A stretch of 64,000 bases of DNA, from contig JAXMHR010000012.1 of the NCBI GenBank assembly GCA_046346705.1, forward strand, positions 109,131 to 173,130. Reading direction: 5' to 3'. The notes under the pieces were generated by a model, which was not told where the DNA came from, did not search any database, and saw only the letters and a list, made by a program, of their open reading frames with translations. This document shows, piece by piece, positions 55,831 to 63,761 of the stretch. The stretch is from Verrucomicrobiota bacterium. Lineage in GTDB: Bacteria; Verrucomicrobiota; Verrucomicrobiia; Limisphaerales; UBA9464. Both the position numbers and the translations under genes were made by a program. Within the stretch, counting starts at the first letter, position 1; every line of letters begins with the position of its first letter.

Positions 55831-56090
55831 GTCAGATCTGTATCTTTTACAATTGACTGCTTTTTGCGACGGACTCGAGCGGGGAATGCATGGACTGCGG
55901 GCCTTGGTGCACCGGCGTTCCGGAACCTTGGATCCCGCGATTCGGAAAGGCTCGCGCCAGCCGTGTTCGGCCCTTCTGAAGTCGTCTGCGGTGACAAAAG
56001 TTTCCGGTCATTCGCTGGATTCAGGATTGTTCATCGCGTTTGAAGGATGCCGTGACTGTTGACTTCGTATGTCGCCGGAATCGAAGGCAG
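55831..56090 (+). repeat. Direct repeat copy 1 (260 bp), ~97% identical to 61397..61655
   Basis: Manual alignment to copy 2 gives about 6 substitutions and one 1-nt indel (CTTTTTGCG vs CTTTTGCG). The indel breaks any shared reading frame, so the repeat is most likely non-coding. Confidence 0.9.
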
Positions 56091-56093
56091 GAG

Positions 56094-56149
56094 CAACGGG
56101 GTCGGATCTGTATCTTTGGGGGGGGCAACGGGGTCTGATCTGTATCTTT
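56094..56149 (+). repeat. Two tandem partial copies of the repeat 5' end (CAACGGGGTCNGATCTGTATCTTT) separated by a G8 run
   Basis: The copies are CAACGGGGTCGGATCTGTATCTTT (56094-56117), GGGGGGGG (56118-56125) and CAACGGGGTCTGATCTGTATCTTT (56126-56149). Compare CAATGGGGTCAGATCTGTATCTTT at 55824-55847 and ..ACAGATCTGTATCTTT at 61398-61413. Confidence 0.85.
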
Positions 56150-56412
56150 GACTTTCTGGAGGGACAACTGTGATAGCGAGTAAGAGTTCGCGTGCGCCAT
56201 GGGTCCGGATGGATCGCGTTCTTAGGACGCTTGTACTCCTGGGGTTCGGTGCTCAAAGAGCCCCTTGGATCAGTTCGGGAATCTCGGTGGCCACCGGTAG
56301 GAGTTTCTGGACTGCAGCCTGTCGCCGGGGGGGGCTTTGCATTAAACTTTAGTCGCGTTTCGGTTGAGGTCCGGAGTCCACGAAAGCCCTGAACGATGCC
56401 GCTGCAAACCGG

Positions 56413-57957
56413 TTATGCGGTCAATCGCTCGCGGAGTGGCGCCCGATTGAGGTCGCGCTTCACGCTCTCGTCGTTCACCACCGCTTCAAGCTGGGCGAAG
56501 GTGTCCGCGGCCTGGGTCGATTCGGTTTTCAACCGGTCGCGCATCTTGGACCAGTAATTGTTCAGCGCCTTGGTGACGCTGTCCTGCATGTCCTGCGGCA
56601 GATAGCGAATCCTCTCGAACACCTGACTCGAAGCCGTGGAGAAGATATCATTGACCTCGATGGTTCCCTTTCGCCACTCGCGCAATCGGTCGTCCATGCC
56701 GATGTCCATCAAACCCTGCGTCCTATCCACCCAGACGTCAGTGAAGATGAGCTCATTTTCGACGGACTTGCTTACCGAGCCGATGAAGCGTCCCTGGTTC
56801 GCTTGGACAAACATTCCAAACGTGTTGGCCATCCGCTCGTAGCGGGCCTTGAACGCCTCCTTCACGGCTTCTGCCCACTCGCGGGCATCGGCCTTTTGCC
56901 CATCCGTGGGCAGATCATTGGCCCAGCGATCCAGTGAAGCCTCCGCCTTTTCGTACATCTCGCGGGCACGGTCGAGTCCGTTGACCTTGAGAAAGTCGTC
57001 GACGTCGCGCCGGGTCTGCGACACGGAAACGAGGATTGCTCCCTGGTTTGGCACCAGGCGTTGCAGGTCGTCCAGCTGGGCGCGGTATTCGGAGCTCAGA
57101 TTGGTCAAATCCTTGTAGAGCGCGTTGACCGCGGTGATGAAGCCCTCGAATTCCGGTCCGATGGCTTTCTGGATGGTTTCGGAGACGGCCATGCCTGGAT
57201 CGCGGCAGAGTTCGGGATTATATGCAGCGAGGTCCTTTGCGGAGACTCCGAGCTCCTTGCCCTTGGCGAAGTAATCCTTGCCCAGCAGCGAGATCTTCGG
57301 GACCAGCTTCGCCAGCTGCTCGGGAAGGCCGGCCTCGATGAGCAGGTAGACCACGGCATCGTTTGCCAGGTCGGGCACTTTCATAAAGTAGTCGAGAAGA
57401 CGCTTCAGGCTGTCCGAGTACCGCAGGTAGGCGTCAGTGCCCCTGGAAAGCCCCTTTTTCATGATGTCCGACATCTTCCGGCAGGCTTCGGCCTCGAGGC
57501 CCTCGATGCGTTTCGACTCCTCGCTCATCGTGCCCCATTTCTTCGTCAGGTCCGCGACGAGCTGATTCAGTTTCACCTCGAGAGCCGCAAAATCGTCGCG
57601 CATTCCCTCAATATTGAGGTTCACAAGTCCCTGCAGGAACTTCATCTCCTGGGTGACCTCATGCTCGCGCCACCAGTTGACCTCATCACCAGGATAGACC
57701 AGGCCGGTGGTTACTTTTGAGAACGGCAGGACCCAACGATCAAGGACCAGTTGCATTTTGTCTTCGACCGCCCGCGCCTTGGGTTCCAGGCCCTGATCGA
57801 TCAGCGGTGGAAGGATGTCCGCAAGTGCGGAGGCGCGCGCCTGATAGAGGGGGCTCATGCGAAGCGGCACCTCGACGCGCTCGCCCGGCTTGAACGTCTC
57901 CTTGTCCTTTTCGAAACTGGCACGCAGTTCCTTTTCGCGATGGCTTAGATCGGGCAT
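56413..57957 (-). CDS. Hypothetical all-alpha protein (514 aa), third gene of an unknown three-gene module
   Basis: Start ATG 57957 (MPDLSHREKELRAS) lies 10 nt after the upstream stop. Composition is helical and charged throughout. I recognise no TM segment, signal peptide, Walker A motif or nuclease motif. Confidence 0.7.
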   Translation of the reverse strand: MPDLSHREKELRASFEKDKETFKPGERVEVPLRMSPLYQARASALADILPPLIDQGLEPKARAVEDKMQLVLDRWVLPFSKVTTGLVYPGDEVNWWREHEVTQEMKFLQGLVNLNIEGMRDDFAALEVKLNQLVADLTKKWGTMSEESKRIEGLEAEACRKMSDIMKKGLSRGTDAYLRYSDSLKRLLDYFMKVPDLANDAVVYLLIEAGLPEQLAKLVPKISLLGKDYFAKGKELGVSAKDLAAYNPELCRDPGMAVSETIQKAIGPEFEGFITAVNALYKDLTNLSSEYRAQLDDLQRLVPNQGAILVSVSQTRRDVDDFLKVNGLDRAREMYEKAEASLDRWANDLPTDGQKADAREWAEAVKEAFKARYERMANTFGMFVQANQGRFIGSVSKSVENELIFTDVWVDRTQGLMDIGMDDRLREWRKGTIEVNDIFSTASSQVFERIRYLPQDMQDSVTKALNNYWSKMRDRLKTESTQAADTFAQLEAVVNDESVKRDLNRAPLRERLTA

Positions 57958-57967
57958 GGGATTCGCC

Positions 57968-59599
57968 TTAGATTGGCTGGACCGTGGCGATCCGCCAGGG
58001 ACCTCCGTTGATGCGCTGCAGAGTCCACTTCGGGCGGACGGTGGTGTCGCAAAAGGTCCGTCGTTCCCCCTCAAATTCGCCGACGTGTTCGAGCCAGACC
58101 TCCACCTCCTCGATCACGCTCGCTCCTTTGAACCGCGTGGCATCCACGAGCGTCTTGGGATCGTCCACCCAGGCGACCTGGGCGTCGAGGACGCGGCCCA
58201 TGATGGATCGTCGTGCCTCCTCAAACATCGATTCATCCGGCGAGGGCGCGCACGGATGCACCACGAGTTTTTCCGTTCCATCCTCCGCACTGAGACGTTC
58301 GACCTCCCACGAAACGTGGAGCGCCCGCCATAGTGCGAGATCGTCGTTCTTCACCGCGCCGACCAATGCCAACATGACCTCGGCGGGAGATGCATCCGGC
58401 GGCGGCAGCTTTGGGGATTCATCGACGAGGCCCTCCTCGCCGGCGAAGGGCACCGTGGCATCCGATGGTTGCGTCAAGTCGACGTACAGGGCGCCGCCGA
58501 CCAGTGCCGCCACTGGCTCCGCAACCAGGCCGTACTCGGCGCGTTCCCCCACGACAATAAGCCGCGATTCCCCAGTGATGCGGGCGACGAATTCCCACTG
58601 AGGCTGGAGATTGGGGTCGACCAGCTTGGCGTATCGACGTTGAGCCTTGAGCATCGCCCTCGCTCGCGCGGATTCCGCATCGAGGAAATACCAACCGCTG
58701 CCGCCCGCGGCAAACCAGCCGTGGCCGGCATCCGAGATCCAATCGCTGTTTCTGAGCGGCGGCAACACGACGAGTTTTCCGGTGACTGTTCGGACGTCGT
58801 CGCGCACCGGATTGACCGCGGGAAAAGCGGGAACGATTTCGCTTCGGCGACTTTCCTGAAACGCCGACCACGCGGTTTGCGCCTTGGTGCGGACCTCGGC
58901 GGCCAATTCTTCGCCTCGTCTTCGGAAATCGAGCGCGTTTGGGGGAAGCAACACCCGGCGCCCGTCACACACGGCCACCGCGGCATCGAAGTCGGCACCC
59001 AGCGCGCTCGCCCAAGCGCCTGGATACGCTTTTCGCGCGAAGGCGACCTGGGCGCCGTGGGTCTCGCGGAGATTCCGTGCCTCGAAGCGGCTCACGAATG
59101 AGGAGGTCTGGCGCCGGTCGGCGTCCAGAATCCGCGAAAGCGCCGCCACCATGGTTTCGTCATACCATCCCCCCCAACACGCGGAGAAGCCGTCGGAAGT
59201 CATCGTATTCGGCCCGCCCTCCCCAAACACGACGGCGTTGTTTTCGTCGCGGTAGTAACGCTTCTCCGCAAGCCGGGCCGAAATGGTCAACTCGATCCAT
59301 CCATTCAAGGGCGCCCGTCGGCGGACTTTCAGGGTGATGGGGGATCCTGCAGTCAATCCCAGCCGCGCGAATCCCTGGGATTCCGAGTACAGGCCAATCG
59401 AATCCGCTTCCCGACGCTTCGCGGCCTCGAGGTCCCCGGGTGGCACGATCGGCGCACCATTTACCATCAAGATGCGATCACCGATCTCGAGTCCACTTCC
59501 GCGAAATGGGCTATCCCAGGCGATCCATGTGACCCGAACGCAAGGCGGCGACTGGCCAAGAGCCGAAGCCGTAACGAGCCCGCTGGTCAGATCGGCCAT
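57968..59599 (-). CDS. Hypothetical protein with an N-terminal PDZ-like domain (543 aa), second gene of the module
   Basis: The PDZ-like segment is FRGSGLEIGDRILMVNGAPIVPPGD..GSPITLKVRR. The remainder is unrecognised; the C-terminal ~120 aa are alpha+beta-like (..WTLQRINGGPWRIATVQPI). The start is ATG 59599 (MADLTSG) or ATG 59665. Confidence 0.65.
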   Translation of the reverse strand: MADLTSGLVTASALGQSPPCVRVTWIAWDSPFRGSGLEIGDRILMVNGAPIVPPGDLEAAKRREADSIGLYSESQGFARLGLTAGSPITLKVRRRAPLNGWIELTISARLAEKRYYRDENNAVVFGEGGPNTMTSDGFSACWGGWYDETMVAALSRILDADRRQTSSFVSRFEARNLRETHGAQVAFARKAYPGAWASALGADFDAAVAVCDGRRVLLPPNALDFRRRGEELAAEVRTKAQTAWSAFQESRRSEIVPAFPAVNPVRDDVRTVTGKLVVLPPLRNSDWISDAGHGWFAAGGSGWYFLDAESARARAMLKAQRRYAKLVDPNLQPQWEFVARITGESRLIVVGERAEYGLVAEPVAALVGGALYVDLTQPSDATVPFAGEEGLVDESPKLPPPDASPAEVMLALVGAVKNDDLALWRALHVSWEVERLSAEDGTEKLVVHPCAPSPDESMFEEARRSIMGRVLDAQVAWVDDPKTLVDATRFKGASVIEEVEVWLEHVGEFEGERRTFCDTTVRPKWTLQRINGGPWRIATVQPI

Positions 59600-59908
59600 A
59601 AACTTCGGGCAACGATTGAATTGTTCACGGCGTCCAATCAACAGGAGTTGTCCCGATAATTTCAATCGCAGAGGTTACAGGCCGGACGACTGAGGCTGTG
59701 GCAAGAATCGGGGTTTCGAATGGGAGGCTTCCGACGTCCGAGGCTCGCCACGGGCACCCGGTACGGTCAAGCGGTTGGGCTCGACTCGAACGGATTGCAC
59801 TCGGTGGGACCCACGGGGGCCGACCTTTACGTCTGGAAACTGGAGCTTGCCTTCGTTTTTCGACGCGGACACCGCTGCTTTTGAGAATCGACTCCGGAAT
59901 TGAAGGTC

Positions 59909-61318
59909 TTACCCCGGGCCGATCCCGGGAGCGTCCGTCTGCGTTGAAGTCTCTTTCAATCGAAGGGAAGCAGTCTCTCGAACCTCGGAGTCCACCCAGG
60001 GAGCCGCGGATAGCTCCTTGAGTCGCGGGGGAACGCCCAAGGCGCCGAGGGACACCACTTCCGCTCCCGCGAGTTGCACGTCGTCCTCGCAGTCCCAAAG
60101 ACATTCCTCGGAGAACCGATCTTGAAAGCTCTCCGGGTGGGTGCTCCGCATGGCCGGAACGAGATACCAGCGGGCGCAGGAATGTAGGGCCGTCTCGAAG
60201 GCGAGGCCCAATTCAGGGACGGGACCGACGCCTTCGAGTCGCTCCATCGCCGTTGCGAGATCGCAAATCCGGTAGGACGTCTCAGGTTCATTTCCGAGGG
60301 AATTCTGGAGCGCAGATCGAAGAAGTGAAAGGTCCTCCGGAGCCGCATGGACCTTCATGAGGGCATCCGCCATGTCGCTGAGGTTGCTGTCGTCGTGATC
60401 AAACCATTCCCGGGCGAGAGGCAGGACTGTCTGAGCGGGGAGGGCGACCATCGCGTCCTGCAACGCGCATCGGAGAGGGCGCCAAAGGTCGGCGTTGGCG
60501 CGGTAGATGTCGCGCAACCAGCCAAACAGGGAAGGGTCGGCAATTTTGGCCAACGCCCAGAGCGCGCCCACGGCTCTTTCCCGGTGTTCCAGGACGACCT
60601 GGCTTTGCAGGAATCCCAGATCGTCCGGACTAACCGCCGCCTCAATAAAGCGCCGGAGTCCAAAGATCCGTTTCCAATTGTCTGCGAAGTCCAATAGTCC
60701 AGGAAGATCGAGGGAGGTGAACTGGAACCGAAACGCATCCGCCTGTTCCCGGCGAGTAGCCCTGTGATTCGGACTGCTTACAATCTCGCGAATCCTCGCG
60801 CTGTGGTTGCCCAGGACCTGCCATTCCGGTTTGTCGAGAAATGCGTACTGTAAAGCCTCCTGGAGAGCGATGGCGGTTGGGAATCGGGATTCGATAATTC
60901 CGGCCAGTCGTACCGTCACCTCCGGGTCGGGAAACGACACGAGGGACTCCACGTGGTGCGTCCAGTCCTGATACGTGCGGCAATCTTCGAGGAGAATCTC
61001 GGCAGCCTCCCTGGATCCCCGGCGGCTGAGCGCCCGCAACGTCTTCCAAGTCAGTCCATGTTCCTCGCAGCCGTCGTCCTCCCGAATCCGGTTCGCGAGC
61101 GGTTCGAGGGGAAGCCCGACCCGGAGGGCCAGTTCCGCGTAATAGTCGCTGCGATTCTCGCACTGGTAGTCTATGCGAGGGTCCTGAAGGATGCAGTGGG
61201 TCAGTAGCCGATGCGCCACCGGTTGTGGTTCCCGGATGAGCCGGAGAAATCCGAGTCCGCGGCCGCGCTGGAGTTGTCCCAGCAGGGAGTCCGGTGGTGC
61301 ATGAATTGTATCGGACAT
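59909..61318 (-). CDS. Hypothetical helical-repeat (HEAT/ARM-like) protein (469 aa), first gene of the module
   Basis: The sequence has helix-turn-helix repeat character throughout (e.g. AAEILLEDCRTYQDW, RAVGALWALAKIADPSLFGWLRDIY, LSLLRSALQNSLGNE). I recognise no catalytic motif. Confidence 0.65.
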   Translation of the reverse strand: MSDTIHAPPDSLLGQLQRGRGLGFLRLIREPQPVAHRLLTHCILQDPRIDYQCENRSDYYAELALRVGLPLEPLANRIREDDGCEEHGLTWKTLRALSRRGSREAAEILLEDCRTYQDWTHHVESLVSFPDPEVTVRLAGIIESRFPTAIALQEALQYAFLDKPEWQVLGNHSARIREIVSSPNHRATRREQADAFRFQFTSLDLPGLLDFADNWKRIFGLRRFIEAAVSPDDLGFLQSQVVLEHRERAVGALWALAKIADPSLFGWLRDIYRANADLWRPLRCALQDAMVALPAQTVLPLAREWFDHDDSNLSDMADALMKVHAAPEDLSLLRSALQNSLGNEPETSYRICDLATAMERLEGVGPVPELGLAFETALHSCARWYLVPAMRSTHPESFQDRFSEECLWDCEDDVQLAGAEVVSLGALGVPPRLKELSAAPWVDSEVRETASLRLKETSTQTDAPGIGPG

Positions 61319-61396
61319 GGCAGCGTTGCGGATCCGTGCTGATCGCGGCGGATTCGCCTTGGCGGGTCAAGCAGACAAGCCGGGGGGCAACTTCAT

Positions 61397-61655
61397 GACA
61401 GATCTGTATCTTTTACAATTGACTGCTTTTGCGACGGTCTCGAGCGGGGAATGCGTGGACTGCGGGCCTTGGTGCACCGGCGTTCCGGAACCTTGGATCC
61501 CGCGATTCGGAAAGGCTCGCGTCAGCCTTGTTCGGCCCTTCTGAAGTCGTCTGCGGTGACAAGAGTTTCCGGTCATTCGCTGGATTCAGGATTGTTCATC
61601 GCGTTTGAAGGATGCCGTGACTGTTGACTTCGTATGTCGCCGGAATCGAAGGCAG
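61397..61655 (+). repeat. Direct repeat copy 2 (259 bp), directly upstream of the Phd/VapC pair
   Basis: See copy 1. It is preceded by GGGGGGCAAC (61382-61391), the same G-run+CAAC prefix seen at 56118-56129. Confidence 0.9.
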
Positions 61656-61722
61656 CCGGCGCTGTCCTGTTCGACCCTTGGGTGCTATTGACCTCGTGCG
61701 GAAAGTGACCATTATTCTGGTC

Positions 61723-61965
61723 ATGCAAGCTTCCGTTGCGCAGGCGAAAAGCCAATTGGCCGATTTGCTTCGGCGGGCCGAACGTGGCGAGGAGGTTGTG
61801 ATCGCCCGGCATGGATTACCCGTAGCGCGCTTGGTGGCCATTCGATCCTCTGGCCCGCCGCCTGTTTCTGCGACGCCCTTGGATCCAAAAGATTATGCGG
61901 GAATTGACCTGGATGAACCGGCATTCCCCTCATGGGAGAAAGGTGGCAATGCGAGCCTTGATTGA
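61723..61965 (+). CDS. Type II antitoxin, Phd/YefM family
   Basis: MQASVAQAKSQLADLLRRAERGEEVVIARHGLPVARLVAI is the canonical Phd/YefM N-terminal fold signature. The gene overlaps the toxin gene by 17 nt. Confidence 0.85.
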   Translation: MQASVAQAKSQLADLLRRAERGEEVVIARHGLPVARLVAIRSSGPPPVSATPLDPKDYAGIDLDEPAFPSWEKGGNASLD

Positions 61966-62347
61966 TTCCGGATTGTGGTGGCGGCGTTACCACGGATTGC
62001 CAATGGGCCGGCGGCTCGCCCGTTTCCTGGAACAGGAGGTCAGCGAGTTCTGGCTTTGTCCGGTCTCGGTTCAGGAGATGCTCTACAAGTGGCGGCATCG
62101 GAAGTTGCCGGCACCGGATCCTGCCGAATGGCTCGCGGAGGCCACGGAAGGTTATCGGGCGGCACCGGTCACCCTTGAAGCTGCCCGGGTGGCCGGGCTT
62201 TGGGAATGGGCGCATGGGGATCCCGTGGACCGCTTGCTCGCCGCGGTGGCGAACACCGAGGGTTTGACGCTGGTGCATACGGATCAGAGGCTTCGGTCAT
62301 TGTCTGGATTTCCCCAGCGATACTTTCCGAATATTGGAATGGTGTAG
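61949..62347 (+). CDS. vapC: Type II toxin, PIN-domain VapC family
   Basis: The N-terminal acidic motif is MRALIDSG. The C-terminal motif GDPVDRLLAAVANTEGLTLVHTDQRL is the DP.DR..IA.A....L.L.T.D PIN signature. Its position immediately after the Phd antitoxin also fits. Confidence 0.85.
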   Translation: MRALIDSGLWWRRYHGLPMGRRLARFLEQEVSEFWLCPVSVQEMLYKWRHRKLPAPDPAEWLAEATEGYRAAPVTLEAARVAGLWEWAHGDPVDRLLAAVANTEGLTLVHTDQRLRSLSGFPQRYFPNIGMV

Positions 62348-62495
62348 GACGAATATTCCAGGAACTTCAACCAATGGGTCGGGCTCGGCCTCCGTGAAGG
62401 GCGATCTCCTCCCAGGGTGAATTTCGGACGCGGAGGACCCGGAATCGCCGCTGAGGGCTTGCGTTGCGGACCGGGTCCGGGCTACTCGCAGGGCT

Positions 62496-63761
62496 GTGAG
62501 TTCCCCCACCCCTCCCGGCGTGACTTCGGCCGAGACCGTTGCCGGCACTGCGTCCGTGCGCTGGCCGTCGCAGATCAAGTTCATCATCGGCAACGAAGCC
62601 TGCGAACGGTTCAGCTTTTACGGGATGAAGGGCATCCTGGCGGGCTACATCACCGGGGAGGTGGCCCGCGGGGCTCTGGGACAGTCCAAGGACCGGGCCA
62701 CGGAGTGGATCCACCTGTTCATCATGGTGAGCTACTTCACGCCGCTCCTGGGGGGCTACCTCGCGGATCGGGTGTGGGGACGCTATCGCACCATTCTTTG
62801 GATTTCGCTCCTGTACTGCGTCGGACACGGGGTGCTGGCGCTGAGTGAGTTCACCGCCAGCGTGGATGCCAAAATCGGGATGTTGGGGACGGGCATGGCG
62901 CTCATCGCCCTGGGTGCGGGCGGCATCAAGCCGTGCGTGTCGGCGTTCATGGGCGACCAGTTTCTGGCGGGGCAGACGCGGCTGTATCAAAAGGCGTTCG
63001 GGGCGTTTTATTTCTCGGTCAACTTCGGGTCCTTCTTCGCCTTCCTGACCATTCCGTATCTCGCCCGCACGGTGGGATATGGCTGGGCCTTCGGGGTTCC
63101 CGGCATCCTCATGGGGATTGCCACCTTGATTTTCTGGCTGGGAACGCCGCGGTATGTCCGGGTGCCTCCCGCGCGGGAGACGCGCACGGCTGGACTACTT
63201 TCGGTTTTCATGGAGGCGTGGAAGAACCGTCTTCCCGGGCAGGATTTCTGGGGAGGCGCGTCTCCCAGGTATTCGGAGGAGGAGATTTCCGCCGCGCGTT
63301 CGATCCTGCCAGTGCTGAGCATTTTCATCCTCATCCCGCCCTTCTGGGCCATGTTCGACCAGCACGCGTCCACCTGGGTGCTCCAGGCCCGGCAGATGGT
63401 GCCGCTGCGCGTGACCGAGTCCTACTCAATTGGGGGAGAGGAGATGCAGTCCTTGAATCCTCTTCTCGTGATGATCCTGGTCCCGCTCCTGACGGGCGTG
63501 GTGTATCCGCTGGGCGGGCGGCACGTCACCCTTCTCCGGAGGATCGGGGTGGGGATGTTCATTGCGGGGGCCTCGTATGTGATCGTGGCCTGGATCCAAC
63601 AGCGGCTCGATTCCGGAGTGACAATGAGCGTGCTGTGGCAGGCCCTGCCGTATCTGGTCCTGACCACCGCCGAGGTGTTGGTGTCCACGGCCGGACTCGA
63701 ATTCGCCTACACCCAGGCGTCGAAGAGCATGAAGAGTACGATCATGAGTTTCAGTACCTGA
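62496..63761 (+). CDS. POT/PTR2-family proton-dependent oligopeptide transporter (MFS). The 3' end is disrupted by at least 3 frame changes between ~63745 and ~63900
   Basis: Motifs: GNEACERFSFYGMKGIL, YFTPLLGGYLADRVWGRYRTI, LIALGAGGIKPCVSAFMGDQF, FYFSVNFGSF, GLEFAYTQASKSMKSTIMSF. The expected continuation (LTVAAGMVCGLVTRF; FLGYAVLTFLVSVIFV; VAMRYRYRE) appears successively in other frames. Confidence 0.85.
   Translation: MSSPTPPGVTSAETVAGTASVRWPSQIKFIIGNEACERFSFYGMKGILAGYITGEVARGALGQSKDRATEWIHLFIMVSYFTPLLGGYLADRVWGRYRTILWISLLYCVGHGVLALSEFTASVDAKIGMLGTGMALIALGAGGIKPCVSAFMGDQFLAGQTRLYQKAFGAFYFSVNFGSFFAFLTIPYLARTVGYGWAFGVPGILMGIATLIFWLGTPRYVRVPPARETRTAGLLSVFMEAWKNRLPGQDFWGGASPRYSEEEISAARSILPVLSIFILIPPFWAMFDQHASTWVLQARQMVPLRVTESYSIGGEEMQSLNPLLVMILVPLLTGVVYPLGGRHVTLLRRIGVGMFIAGASYVIVAWIQQRLDSGVTMSVLWQALPYLVLTTAEVLVSTAGLEFAYTQASKSMKSTIMSFST

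Noticed and set aside
55831-55971. Left half of the 260-bp repeat as a conserved attC site ending at GTTCGGC
   Set aside because: The segment is not self-complementary. Its 5' end (GTCAGATCTGTATC) has no pairing partner near GTTCGGC, and the candidate inverse core (GGCAAT/GGGCAAC) pairs at only about 4 of 7 positions. It does not fold like the two hairpins at 54.6 and 55.65 kb.
55583-56062. 159-aa plus-strand ORF running through repeat copy 1 (partner ORF 61317-61544 in copy 2). Also minus-strand ORFs 56008-56256 and 61573-61812, which share an identical 25-aa tail
   Set aside because: The shared peptide stretches exist only because of the nucleotide repeat. The 1-nt indel between the copies puts the downstream parts in different frames, so no protein is conserved. 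No RBS or start context supports them. The repeat is treated as non-coding.
56094-56149. Possible mini-CRISPR array (tandem GGGGTCNGATCTGTATCTTT copies)
   Set aside because: There are only two tandem copies. They are separated by a G8 run rather than a unique 30-40-nt spacer. There are no cas genes in the window, and the other copies are kilobases away at unit junctions.
59774-59780. Another GTTGGGC heptamer in the 309-nt gap inside the three-gene module, considered as a cassette boundary
   Set aside because: By my rough estimate, about one chance occurrence of a given 7-mer is expected in ~10 kb on two strands. No associated palindrome or inverse core was found nearby.
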